This document shows, piece by piece, positions 37,636 to 50,382 of a DNA stretch of 64,000 nucleotides. The notes under the pieces were generated by a model. It had not been told where the DNA came from and searched no databases. It was given only the letters and a program-made list of their open reading frames with translations. The stretch lies in NCBI RefSeq assembly GCF_964355755.1, contig NC_092675.1, positions 10,721,812 to 10,785,811 of the forward strand. Reading direction: 5' to 3'. Numbering within the stretch: position 1 is the first letter of the stretch; each line of letters opens with the position of its first letter. The position numbers and the translations under genes are program-made. This stretch comes from Antedon mediterranea. Lineage: Eukaryota; Animalia; Echinodermata.

Positions 37636-38101
37636 GTCCCGTAAGGGGCCACCTCTCGTAAGCGGCTGCGGCCACTCTTTTACTAAAAATTAATTTTTTG
37701 TATGGTAAATTACCTTCCGTAAGCGGCCACCCGAAAAATGTGATACTTAGTGCATGGAGCTATGAATTAGAGGTACATGTTTATTCTAGTTTTTTATATA
37801 TTAGCTTTATTTCAAAGCGGTTTTAAAAACATTTCTGTGAAGAGATGAGAAAACTACACAGATTTTGACCGACCATTTTTCATATGATAAAAGCTTTTAA
37901 AATGTGTCTGAAAATGATAAATAATACTAAACCACCTGATTATAAACAATAATACAATTAGCTGGAAAATTGAGAGGCTCGTTGCGTTAAGAACACTGAA
38001 AAATATCGTGCATAGCCATAATACGTGATTTTGGCCCTTTATCGGCAGAACCTCCCGTAATCGGTCACTTTTCCAGGTCCCGAGGGTGGAAGGATCAACT
38101 G
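37636..38101. mobile_element. Tc1/pogo-like MITE, left end truncated
   Basis: Repeated CGTAAGCGGCCAC subterminal motifs; right end ...GATCAACTG|TA. Confidence 0.5.
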
Positions 38102-38554
38102 TATTTTAAAAAACAATTATTCTTTGTTACACCTAGAAACAGGTTCTGAGATAACATAAATAATACATTTTGACATAATTTGACCCACAAATGACCCTTT
38201 CACAAGATCAGACTTTTTCTGTGATTTTTGGGATTCAGTAGATACGTAAATTTGGGAAAAATTAGTAAAGCTATGTAATCAATTGTTTGTAGTCATGAAA
38301 CCCCGTAATAACAAAATTGTACTTAGTTACGCATAGAAAGAGTTGCTAAAATACACTATAGGTAAAATGTTGATGTCAATTGACCTCAATGTAAAATGTA
38401 ATTATATTTTTTTCATGAAAACCCCATATTTTATTTATATATAGAAACAGGTTTAAGATAGCACTAAAGGTCAATTTTTTACCTTTATTCAGATTTGTCA
38501 AGACTTTTTTCTGAGATTATTAGGATTCAGTATTTAAAGTCACTTGTATATAAA

Positions 38555-39126
38555 CCAAATGGGGAGGTGCAGCAGCCACTTCAAGACATGAGGCACTTGC
38601 GCTACCTGTTTTACTGAAAAATATACTTGAACTACCATTTACCAAAATCCAGTGTTCTATAAAAAGACGGCAGAAACAAGGCCACGCCAGAGAGGGCGCA
38701 ACATTTGTACTGGTTCCCAGCATGATCTGCGCATGGCCAAAGAGACCGTTCATGGGAAAAATCACGAACGTGTTTTGAAAGTTTATCGCGCATCGCGGGG
38801 TGCATGACGACGATCATCAAGAGTGGTCACAGTTGAATGGTTTTGTCCTAGGCTGGATGTTTCGTGTTCTTCTGCTGATGCGAAAAGGTATTCCGCGATG
38901 GGCATCCAGTATGCTAAAATACCTGCAAAATTTGGCGATAATTCGTGACATTTTGACACGGGTGGGCGGGCTAGGGACTTAAACTACTAATTTCACCCTG
39001 TCATTTCCCACACTTGTGCTACCAACTCTTCATATTTTCCCACACTTGTGCTACCAGGCCCTCGAAAATATACCCGTAAATGCGGCACCTCCCCGTATGG
39101 AAATATTTAAGAGTGACCCCCCCGGG
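38555..39126. mobile_element. TIR element ending in ...GAGTGACCCCCCCGGG
   Basis: Inverted subterminal GGGGAGGTGC / GCACCTCCCC; left terminus lost. Confidence 0.45.
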
Positions 39127-39205
39127 CAGTTACTATAGTAAAATGTTGAACTCATTTGACCTCAAAATGAATGAATTTCCAAGGTCAAGTTTGTCATCAC
39201 TTTAT

Positions 39206-40260
39206 GGCTATGTTCAGACCCATGGCGTTAGACCGTTTTAGCGTACAACGTTACTAGCAAGGTCACGTTACAAACCGCAGAGAAAAAAACGAGGTGTTCA
39301 GACCCATAGCGGCGTACAATTATCGTTACAACGGAAGTACGTCATTCAGGTTGTTTCTAGTTGCATATTCATGTGCTCTTACCCACGTGTTTTCATCATT
39401 ATTTCCACTGTAATAGGCCTAGATCTCAGCCCTACAATTATGACAAAATTTGCCGTAAATAAAACATACCTCAGCATTTATTTAAGAAAAATATAGTAAA
39501 GCCAAATTTCTGTTTCTATTGTTTTTATTTTGTAGTAAAAAACATTTTCCCCAGGCTCTGGGGCAGGCCTCCTAATGAGGAAGAAAAAATTGATTGTGAT
39601 TAGTCTATCCAGTCCAGTCAAAGATATATATTCTTTGGTCCAGTCGGTTGAAAATAACCCTTAACTTGCTATTAATAAAAGGGACACAGCTCCCCTTGTT
39701 TGTTTACTGAATTTTTTAGGAGTTAGGGGGTTTTCAGCATTAAACTTGTCCAGTCTAGTCTGCATTGTATGAATGAGTGACTTGATGTCCCACGCTAGTT
39801 TTTAGCTTGAATGAAATGCGTGAATGGCTCTAGGCCCTAAAAGCGGTTGGGATCGTAGTCCCTATGTTTAAATACAAGGTGCATGTATTTATGTCATTTG
39901 TTAGAAAATATAATGGTAATCAGTTGATAGTAGTTTGTAGCCTTTGTAACAGTTGTATTTGTAGTGTAGTTAGGCCTTATTTATTCTGGCCTTTTTGTTA
40001 TTGAAATCCATCTCATTTTGACGATACAAGATGTCAGCCTAGGTCAAACCTTGTTTCGCGTCATAACAGGAAACGTTCTGATTGGATACATCGTTGACTT
40101 ACAGTAGCGTCGTACGCTAAAACGGTACTATCAACCGTTTTCTACTACAACGCTACAACCGTTGTACGACGCGTTGTACGCTAATCCCCAACTGTTCAGA
40201 CACACATTCTTTTAGCGTCGTACGCTAAAACGGTCTAACGCCATGGGTCTGAACAGGGCC
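39206..40260. mobile_element. PIF/Harbinger-like MITE
   Basis: ~45 bp TIR GGCTATGTTCAGACCCATGGCGTTAGACCGTTTTAGCGTAC; 3-bp TSD TAT. Confidence 0.85.
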
Positions 40261-40449
40261 TATGATTATTAGAATGCAGTAGAAGTCAAATTGAGAAAAA
40301 GTACAATGCAATCAATTCTTTGTATTCATAAAAACGTCATTTTTTTCCCGTTTTTTTTTTAAATTTCTTTCCTTAGTTACACATAGAAATGGTTGCTAAG
40401 GTAAAACTATAGGTGAAAAATTAAATTTGTTGACAATTTTTATGAACTA

Positions 40450-41287
40450 CTGTATATTTCGGTGTATAAGTCGCACCTGTGTATAAGAAGCACCCCCTAA
40501 CTGAGAGTAAAATATCGGTATTTTTTATATCGTCGATGTATAAGACGCACCTTATATTTCATCAAAACAATGTTTTTTTTAAATTGTAATCAATATCATT
40601 GTAATAATATATTTTGTTATATCTACAACGGCGTCCTTTAGTTTTTTCTTACCTAGGCTCGGCCGGGCCCAGCCTCAACAAGTTGTTTCTAGCTTGTTAT
40701 TCATGAGTTTCGCACCCGCAGCGCAACATCGAGTGCATGACCGTGTGTGTAACACGCACGTGTGTGGGCTAGCCTCGCTCGATCATTTCGAGAGGGCGCA
40801 CGTTTTCACGGACAATCATTCGTATTCGATTAGTATCAATGTATCCGAGAAGTGTGTACGCTAGGTCCATGCTATAATCACCTGGAGAATATACTAGTCG
40901 AATACCGTACAAAATGTGGCCGCCAAGAAGGGCTTGTACGGCGGTCGGCGATCGTGCGTATAACTTATAAATAAATACTATTCCAATCGTAAACGTTTAC
41001 AAATGAAATTTTATCGGAGCGCCTAAACAGCTCCATAATAAACAAATCTTTTCATCATAATAATTTAGTATAACATCACGCTAAAATGCCTTGAAAACTA
41101 GGCAGAAGCAGGTTGCCGTTACGTTAGTACACTGTAGCTAGGCCTAGCCTACTCAGGCCTAGCCAACGAGGTGACGATATGTACACTCTGTGTGGTGAGG
41201 CATTTATGTTCGGTGTATAAGACGCACCTTTAATTTAAAGGTCACATTTGCATGTCAAAAGTGCGACTTATACACCGAAATATACGG
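40450..41287. mobile_element. Tc1/mariner-pogo-type MITE, copy 1 of 3
   Basis: TA|C.GTATATTTCGGTGTATAAGTCGCAC ... GTGCGACTTATACACCGAAATATACGG|TA. Confidence 0.9.
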
Positions 41288-41347
41288 TATCTTGTAAATT
41301 TTGATAAAACATTAATAGTTGAACTAAAGTGGGGACTTGTCCTGTTT

Positions 41348-43023
41348 GCGTGTTTTTTTTTTCCAGGACGAACGTGGGCAGAAGACTGAAGTCATGAATA
41401 ATTCATTACCTTAATTATTTTCTACTAGATGGCACGCTCGCTTCGCTCGCGTACCATCTAGGTCGTGCCCACAGATGGTTCTCGAATACACAGTATTTCC
41501 AGCGAGAAAAAAATGGAGATTTCAAATGTACGTACCGCAGGACTATAATACATTGTCGTTTACAGAAACGAATAAATATACACAATGATTTATGTAGTCA
41601 ACCAAAATTAGCACCCTGAGAATTACTTCCGAGAGAGAAACAAAATGAGTCAAATTTTTTTATTTGGACTCATTTAAACAAACCCAATTTGTGTTTTGTA
41701 TGTAACATTAAGGGTTGAGGGATGGTGGAAGAAGATAGGTACAAAGAGGAAACATTTTAAAATATATTCTTATCCACTCAGTAACGAAATATTGTTTTTA
41801 ATGTTTTATAGGCCTATAAATAATATACCACTAAATACAGTAAAACATTTACGATTTAATACGGTACTTTGTTAAAACTCTCACTGTCATAGTCGATTGA
41901 AATAGTAAAGTACATGTAACGATACACCACTACGACGTTTATATATTTTTAAATTAATTAATACAAACGTTGAGAAGCAACTGTCAGTAATAACGTTTAT
42001 TTATTTGTATATTATATGTTTATAATCTAACAGTAGGGCCTACCCACACTCACAGTAATAAAGTTTATTTGTATATATTTTTATATTACATCTAACAGTA
42101 CCAACACTCACAGTAAGAAATTTGCGATTCAAGTTGCGATCAAAAGTGGTTAATACCTTAACAGTATTGTACAGCATTGCAATACTATTTATGTTTATTC
42201 TCCAAGGGGGCCCATAAATCTAAATCTATACCTGTATGGTTAAACCAAATAATTTGGAATGTTCCATTCATCACAAATCAATACATTTGTAAAAACGTAT
42301 ATTAAATGTATCAAAATAGTATTTTTTAAAGAAAATCGGCCTGTCTTCAACATTATGATGCTGTACTCGAACTGTTCAACCGGTTTTCAGCTATTAAAAA
42401 CAATTATCGTAGGAGGAGATAGGAAAATGCGAAGCCTCCTCGCATTTTTGTGGCGGGTATTTTTCAAGATGGACATCCATTAGACAGTGTATACCACGAT
42501 CGGAAAACACCCCTATTTGGGGCAAATCGTTGAACCTAAATTCGTTTTAATCGTCAATAACTAATTATCTAACTTAATTTAATTAGTAAACAGGGTTACA
42601 TCAGGTGGTTAAAATCAGTACCGAAAGTACGAACCAACTTTATATACCATCGAGTAAAAATTCTAGAAATAAGGCGCGATTTACCGAATTTTGCCCTTAC
42701 GTAAATTTATATATAAATTATAAAGAATTGAAAGATAGCTGATCTACTTCCTAAATATACTAAACCTAACCCTCTAAATAATCTCTCTCAACTATTAAAA
42801 AAAATATGTTCATGAAAGAGCTCGAACCGAGGGCTTCAGCGTAATAGGTTAAAGCCTGGACCACTAGACCAAACATTTCGGTTGGCAAACGTTGTTTACA
42901 CTAATTATTTAATCTCTCTGCATTCTTATACAGCGCCCTCTATAATGTTCCCTATTACGTCATAATTAATTATGAATTATTCATGATTTCTGCCCACGTT
43001 CGTCCTGGAAAAAAAAATTACGC
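41348..43023. mobile_element. Mutator (MULE)-like non-autonomous element
   Basis: TIR GCGT..TTTTTTTTTCCAGGACGAACGTGGGCAGAA; 9-bp TSD GTCCTGTTT at 41339-41347 and 43024-43032. Confidence 0.85.
41425..41981 (-). mobile_element. Helitron/Helentron-like element nested in the MULE
   Basis: Inverted relative of 17021-17472 with terminal hairpin and CTAG. Confidence 0.7.
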
Positions 43024-43841
43024 GTCCTGTTTTGCATTCTGACCCCTTTTGACCTCAAATGACCTATTTAGAAGTTCAGATTTTTTGGGACGTCTTTCTG
43101 TATCTCTTTACAAAAAATAGATGTCAAAATTTAAAAAAAAAACCTGGAGGCAATTATTTCAAAGTTTAACATTAGTTTCCATCAACTAATATTTCAATGC
43201 AAAATACTGTTTTTCTGGCAATTAATTGAAATAAACCTGGCAACACATTCTTGTATTTTATCTAAACTATTCGTATGACTCTAGTAGCATTATGACATTA
43301 TATATATTTTATTATTGGATTAGCCATATTTAAATTTTGATTCATGTGTTTTGTTTGTTGTTATTTTGATTGTATTTTTTTGTATTTTCTGTATTTTCCT
43401 GGCAAAACAAAATCTATGTACAAAATTTACCCCAGTTTTTTTTTCGTGATTATTGTTGAAAAACCTATTGACTATCAAATTACAAAACCTCATTGATATA
43501 AAAACACCACTTTGGAAGTTATAGGTACGTTTATGAGGTATACTTTTATAAAAAAAAATATTTTTTAAAAACACCCCTTTTTAAAATAATGGTATCAACC
43601 AAACTCCATTTTGTAAATTTTTTTTTTCTACATTAAATGGAACTCAATACTTGGTTGTTTACACTGATATAAACAAAAACTGTATACTGTAAGTATTTTT
43701 GTTTAAAATAAGTATACAAGTTTGTACTTTTTCATTATAGAAAATCTGTGAAAAATGGCAAAAACATCAACATTTGGGTAATTGACCGTTGTCATGGCAA
43801 CGAAAGCTAAAAATTAAAATGAATGTTGTAGATATGCTTTT

Positions 43842-44183
43842 TACTCGGGGTACCCGAGTCTAGGACTTACTCATTTTCTCCTCTTCCTCCATCTGGACAC
43901 TATTGAGTAAAAAGTGCGATTTTTAAAGTACTACTCCTCCCTTATTAGTTGTAGTATTGAGCTGGGATTTGGCATGAATATACTACAGGGACATGTCCTA
44001 AAATCTATAGAGCCGGATTGTTAAATTTCAAACCGGATGCAGCCATATGACGTCTCGAAGATGGTACCATATAGCCGTATTTGGTAGGTTATTGATGTGT
44101 ATGTGACGTCACATCCCGTCTTATGACGTCATTACAGCTTCATTTGCTGTACCCCGAGTATCGCAGATTCGTGCTTTTTTGTT
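43842..44183 (+). mobile_element. HINE/DINE-1-like (Helentron-associated) element, copy A
   Basis: subTIR TACTCGGGGTAC / GTACCCCGAGTA, 5' palindrome ACTCGGGGTACCCGAGT, short 3' stem-loop, T-rich ends, no TSD. Confidence 0.75.
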
Positions 44184-44249
44184 AATTAATTTGTTTAATT
44201 AAGAAGCCACAATGTGTGACACACCACACAGCGTAAGGTAGTTATATGC

Positions 44250-44322
44250 GGCTTCTTGGCGTAGTGGTTATCACGTTTGCTTAACACGCAGAAGGTACCT
44301 GGTTCGAGCCCGGGCGAAACCT
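44250..44322 (+). tRNA. tRNA-Val(AAC), probably a pseudogene
   Basis: 73 nt cloverleaf, anticodon AAC at 44283-44285, A and B boxes, following T-run; two acceptor-stem mismatches and one D-stem mismatch. Confidence 0.75.
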
Positions 44323-44538
44323 TTTTTTTTCTAATTTTATGGTGAAAAGTACTGTATACGCAATATGATAATTATACACAGTATATCTTATTTTTATTAT
44401 TTTTTTAAATAACTATTTTGTGTAATCGGTAATTATCACTTTTACACATGTTTCTTTTGCTTTGTGCTTATTACCATATTTATTCTGTAATGTAAATGGA
44501 TTAACAAACTTTGTGTAACCCACATTTTTAGTGCAAGA

Positions 44539-44610
44539 GGTTTCGTAGTGTAGTGGTTGTCAAGTCTGCTTAACACGCAGAAGGTCCCGGTTCGAGCCCT
44601 GGCGAAACCT
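44539..44610 (+). tRNA. tRNA-Val(AAC), possibly a pseudogene
   Basis: Perfect acceptor stem GGTTTCG/CGAAACC, anticodon arm TCTGC-TTAACAC-GCAGA, GGTTCGAGCC; D- and T-stem mismatches, 1-nt deletion; TTTTT downstream. Confidence 0.8.
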
Positions 44611-44678
44611 ATTTTTCTTTATCTTTATGGTGAAATATACTGTATACGTAATATGATATAGAGTATATCTCGTTTTAT

Positions 44679-45023
44679 TACTCGGGGTACCTGAGTCTAG
44701 GACTCTTTCATCTTTTCCTCTTCTTCTACTATCCAGACACTATTGAGCAAAAAGTGCGATTTATAAAGTACTACTCCTCCCTTATTCGTTGTAGTATTGA
44801 GCTCGGATTTAGCATGAATATACTACAGGGACATGTCCTCAAAGCTATAGAGCCGGATTTTTTAATTTCAAACCGGATGCAGCCATATCACGTCTCGAAG
44901 ATGGTACCGTATAGCCGTATTTGGTAGCGCGGTTATTGATGTGTATGTGACGTTACATCCGGTCTTATGACGTCATTACAGCTTCTTTCACTGTACCCCG
45001 AGTATTGCACATTCGTGCTTGTT
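44679..45023 (+). mobile_element. HINE/DINE-1-like element, copy B
   Basis: Direct repeat of 43842-44183 with the same subTIRs and a GCAC-attc-GTGC 3' hairpin. Confidence 0.75.
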
Positions 45024-45110
45024 ATTGAAGTGTCTTCATGGTAAAAATTTGAGAGAAATCCATTTTTTACATCTGCCACCAAATCTTTTTTTACAGACAA
45101 TGGCTCTTAA

Positions 45111-45877
45111 TGCAGTATGTACGTTCATCTGAAGGTTTTGGTTGGACTTATTGACAGTAGGCCTATGTGGAAGCCATCTGGACTCTACTACCTGAAGCAT
45201 TAAAAGTCTGTAGAGAATTACTAAAGTGTGAATGTAAAAAGCTGCCCTTCTGTTTCGAGTTTCGATCAGCAGGACTGTCTTGCACAGGTCTTGCTATCCA
45301 TACTTGTGTAACATCTAGGCTACACAAGCAGTATGATCAAGTCTCATTACAAATATGTCATGATTCTAGATGCATTACGAAAAATTTGATTCATTTTTTA
45401 CACCAAATATACATCAACATAATTTTATAGTTCGGTAAAAATACAAAAAATGCTACATAATTATATAAAACTGGGTGTGGCTACAATGACATTATGATTA
45501 TATAATCAATTTATATAATCATAACATTTAATTTGATGCCACATTTGAAATATGTATGATTTACAAACTTATTTAATACCCTAGTATATATTGTTGTGGC
45601 TTAAATGATATAATTACATTTCTCAGTGGTATTGTATGTCATAAGCTATAATTTGATACCAAACTTTACATATTTATGTAATATATATTTTTTTCAAAAT
45701 TTTCACATAGCTACATAATATATTTAAAATGGGTGTGATCAAAATGACGTCATTAATTAAAATGTTTGGGCACCCCTTCTAGAATTGTTAGTTAGGTCCT
45801 AAAGACGGTTTCTGCCAAGTTTGGTGCTTTTTTCACAAAGTGCACAATATGGCCAAAAATAGGACCTAAGCGACCTA
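45111..45877 (+). mobile_element. Academ-like transposon 3' end with decayed Cys-rich transposase C-terminus
   Basis: EGFGW...IWTLLPEALKVCRELLKCECKK...GLSCTGL (CXC-like); terminus ...AAGTTTGGTGCTTTTTTCACAAAGTGCACAAT...CCTA. Confidence 0.6.
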
Positions 45878-46597
45878 TTATATACTATAACCCTACTTAT
45901 TTCCAATGGCATTGAGGCAGAAGTTTCGTGAAATTCTATTTATAAACAAACCTTTGGATTAACTGTGGTAAACATTGAGTTAATCACATTACACAGAGTA
46001 TGAACAAATGACCACAAGAATATGCATCAGTCTGAGATCAAACGTTCCATGTATTTTGCTGACAGAGCACAGACTACCAACAATGTTACAAAATAAACAA
46101 AGGCTTCTTAGTGGCGCATGTGCCATTAAGCTGACTCGTATGTCGAAATACAATCAACTACTTTCAAAACATGCATGAGTGCGACAATTTAGTGGTGCAT
46201 CGTAACTGGCCAACCAATCCCAGATCAGGGACCACGGATTGGTTTCAAATAGACTTAACGATTAGCTGTAAATGACCAGATCATTGTTCAATTTTGATGA
46301 AATTTTTAAAAAAATGTTTCAGAAACTTAATGTTGGCAATTATCAACACAGACATGTCAATAGATAGAGCAATCAGACACACACACACACACACACATAC
46401 GATTTCTACACGGTGAGTACGTACAATTTAAAATATGCTTTTTTGCTTGCAAGCAGTGCTTTGACCTAGAAAAAAAATGTGTTATTTTGTCTGTGCACAG
46501 AGTAATATAAATCATGGCCCCTAATATGCTTCCAGGATTAACCCATAATGATCAGCTTTGTATTTTACTTTGATATTTAAATCACAGTTCCACTTAC

Positions 46598-46772
46598 CAT
46601 CTGATGTTTTAATAACATTCTTTAACTGCTGTTGTTTATCTTGAATGGATTTTGATTGTTGACATGTTTCATTTCTAGCCTTGGCCAACTCAAATTCCAT
46701 CGTCTGTTTAGCTGATTCTCCTTCCTCTATTTTTGCCCTCAGCTTAGCTAGTTCAATTTGAAATTGACTGTT
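46598..46772 (-). CDS. CCDC171: CCDC171 exon 4
   Basis: 175 nt; ELAKLRAKIEEGESAKQTMEFELAKARNE matches '[28 protein letters not shown]'. Confidence 0.92.
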
Positions 46773-47980
46773 CTGTATAAGATGAGCATTTATTTTACAT
46801 TGATGCTAATAAAGTTGATACAGTATAAGCATTCATTCGTCATTTTATGTTAATTGTGTTCAATATGGATGCACCACTTCCTGTGTGTGCCACCGATATA
46901 AAAGTGCAATTTCCAAATAAATTGATTGATTGTGTAATATAATTCCAGTTAGGCTCAGATATCAAATCTATGATTTATAAATGTTTGTTATATCACACTG
47001 AATTCAATACATTTCATGGTCTAAATTCAAACTATTACTTTGCAGTTTTCTGTTAATTTAATGCTTTTCAAGTAGTCCGGTGGCAGGAGGAGGGGGAGTG
47101 GGGTGGAAGATTGCCATCTAACTTTTCTAGACCAGAATTTTTTACAAATTTAGAAGGTAATCGATCAGGATAGGTAGGAAGCGTTTTTTTAGATATAAAG
47201 GGTCAAAGTTCAAAATTGAACAATTACAACAATGTATTATTATATATGTATTATAACAAATTTGTCAAATGGTCTTTTATTACATTTTTATGATTACATG
47301 TATGGTATCTATTTAATCATCTTATGAAAAAAAAGATCCCTTGTGATTAAGGGTTAAATCTCAATATTAACCAATCATAAAACGTACCTATAAAACCAAA
47401 TAAAAACTAACATTATACAAAAATTGGCCTTTTCACACAGAGTTGTAAGACGGTAATATTGCGATAATTTGTGAGCGCCAGTCTAGTGTAAAAACCCCTT
47501 ATTGCCGGCTTCCGTTTACCACCTCTGGACCTAGTAAAATTGCGGTAATATTACCATCACTGTCATAAGCCTGATCTGTGTGGAAGAGTCCACGATATAA
47601 CACCTGCTTACGCAGCGAAGCATTACAACAAACGAAGGTTAAATTCAGTAACGGTAGTCGTGTCGAAGGCCAAGACGGCTTGCTTACTGGAATATTGCCG
47701 CAATTCTATATGAAATGGGTATCAAACTCTCTGGAATCTACAGTAGAGCAACATTCCACAAACTTTTTATTTCATTGCCTAAAATCCTCTTCCTCAATTG
47801 CATTGTAAATTTGTTTTGGGAAGGTAAATTTCTTAAGCCACCTTGGGCCCTTTAAAAATGTTTCCTTGGCCAAATTTGGACTGCGCCAATAGTTTGTGAA
47901 ACGTCCATCTAGAGGATGTAGCATTTTCACTACGTTACAAACCACATTTGATTCAAATGCAAATATTTATTAACATTTAC

Positions 47981-48060
47981 CTTATTATTGAAATTGCTTG
48001 TATGTTCTAGATTCTTTTCCTCTAACTGAGTAACAGTCTTTCTAAGTTTTGTTGAGAGTT
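47981..48060 (-). CDS. CCDC171: CCDC171 exon 3
   Basis: 80 nt, phase 1-0; KLRKTVTQLEEKNLEHTSNFNNK. Confidence 0.82.
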
Positions 48061-48536
48061 CTAGATTAGTAGAAAATTAAAAAATTTAATCTCTGCATCA
48101 ACTAGCAAAACTCCGCAGACACTCCAGAGTTTAGTCAGCTGTGTTGTAACTGTAAGTGCAATAAACATATGTGACATTGTCAATAGAAAATGATCAGGGT
48201 TGCTCAGAGTTCTGAAAGATATGTCCGAAAAACAAAAACAGGTCAAAAGTTCAGATTTCATTTTGTTTAAAAAAACATGCAGTTTTAGGTTATTATTAAT
48301 TAGGTTAAAAATTGTTCTAATTTTATTATATATATAAACAATTATTTTCATCAACCATCTAAACTCAGAAGAAGGAAAAACTAAGGAGATTTGCTCTGAA
48401 ATGTGCGCTAAAAACCATCCTTTTCTCGATCTCATTTGGAGGTCACCAATATTTTTTCATAAGTTAAATAACAACAGGGAAGACAATTTTATAAACTTTC
48501 ATTGATTCGTCAAATAGATTTTAGATCTGTACACAT

Positions 48537-49465
48537 ACGCCCGTATTCTTAAACCGGACTTTAGTCGTAGTTCGAGCTAAAACTAAAAAAATGACGTCAT
48601 TTTAATTCATAAACCGAACTTCAACTAAATCACCGACTAAATCAGGCCAACCTCGACTAAATCGAGACGGATTTTGATCGATTTTTTTAGTCCTGGAGAG
48701 GGCAGACTAAATGGTCGACTAAATGGTTTTTAAACGATGTTTATAAAAAACGTAACAGTCATTGAGTTGTTATATTGGCCAGATATTGAAGAATGAAATA
48801 TCTATATTTATATTAGCTTAATTAAATATACATTGGTATAAATTATAATAATGAAAATCATCTTTATTTACAACTGTATACAAATTACATTATTTTCTTC
48901 GCGCAAGTCCGACTTGAGCTACGTCACGCCATAGCGACAATGGGAGATGCGGCAATTCACCACGCGATGGAATGTTTAGGGGGCCTAGCGCTTTCTTGTC
49001 ACGCTATGAAGTGCGTGGTTCGTGGCGATCATACTTTGTTGGGGGCCTAGAAAATATAAAAGTTACCGTACCGCCATGGTTCCTAAATATATTTTTAAGA
49101 TTTTATTTGTTGTTAATCAAATATACTTCACTGTTAAATTATTACTGATATTGTTCTAATAATTAACGATTAAAATTATTTTTCATGTATATAGTCCTGA
49201 TGCGTAAAAAGTGTTGTAAGAAATGGAAAGTGATATCAATGCGCAAAATTTCGTCTGCTCCTCAAATACTCTCTTGTCATTGGCCAATGTATAGCCTTTG
49301 TTACCCAGACGTGTGCAACTCGACTAAAAGCTCGACTTCATTAAGTCGAACTGCAAACTTCGACTACTTCGTTTTTGAATCGAATTTCAAGTAATAGCTC
49401 GAACTACGACTTTTCCAAGTCGAACTTCGAACTACGACTAATGTCCGGTTTAAGAATACGGGCGT
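48537..49465. mobile_element. PIF/Harbinger-like MITE
   Basis: TIR ACGCCCGTATTCTTAAACCGGAC.TTAGTCGTAGTTCGA; flanks CAT/CAG. Confidence 0.8.
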
Positions 49466-50382
49466 CAGACCTTCCTTAAGAACAATTGTGTGTTGTGCTT
49501 TTTGATTAGCTAATTCAAGTCAACTGACAGCGCATGCTACAAGCCTAAAGCATTGTTCTCTATTGTTCACTTAAAATTAAATCTAAGCGTTTACACTAAA
49601 ACTTGAAAAATCATTTGGATCAAAGATACATTATCTATCATCATGCATTTGTAAACAATTCAGGACCTGGTAGAAATGTTTGGAATCTAATCATGCAAAA
49701 TCTCAATATAATTAAAGAACACAACTGTTTCTAAGGAAATTTCGAATCATACCCATTCACACGCACTGTCTCGCCAACCTACTAGCTAGGACGAGTATAC
49801 AGTGTCAATTGCGATGTTACAATATTTTTTGTTTGTCAAAAAAATGTTCTTTTTTAATAAAGGTTAAATATAACAAAAGCTATTGTGTTTCAGACTAAAT
49901 AAACTGTTCAGAATTAATAAGGAAATTTGGTTTTTGGATATGTTTATTAAAGAAAGACAGATATTGTTCTATAGTTGGTAACAATGATGTTTATTAATGA
50001 TAAAACCTGTGATCTGAAGCATAAAAAACCAATGCCTTACGTAGAATTGCAAGAAAAAATAACGCTATGCATGGGTTACTACCGATGTTCTCCAAATATT
50101 GAAATTACAAGATGTAACTAATTCTTCTATCCAATTGGCAAAAATATTGGTTTCTATTGGTTTTTAATGGCTAGGTCTAACTACCACTAATAGATAAGTG
50201 TTTATTTTATGTATCATTTTCTTACACCAATGGAGCCAATTTAGTCCGGCAAATCTTACTGGCAAATCTTACTGCTTCATGAGAACACTGGTTATGTGTA
50301 CTAAAGTTTACATACAAAGTGAAACAGTATTTTCTTTTTAAATCGGTTTTCAAGTTAAAAATTTAACTTATTAATATAGTAC

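Larger units (their letters stand above)
35445..45106. mobile_element. Kolobok-like element expanded to 9.7 kb by nested insertions
   Basis: TTAA|GAGTTATTGTCTGTAA ... TTACAGACAATGGCTC|TTAA; subterminal inverted similarity (GTGGCAGA...AATGGATTTCT.TCAAATTTT). Confidence 0.7.
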
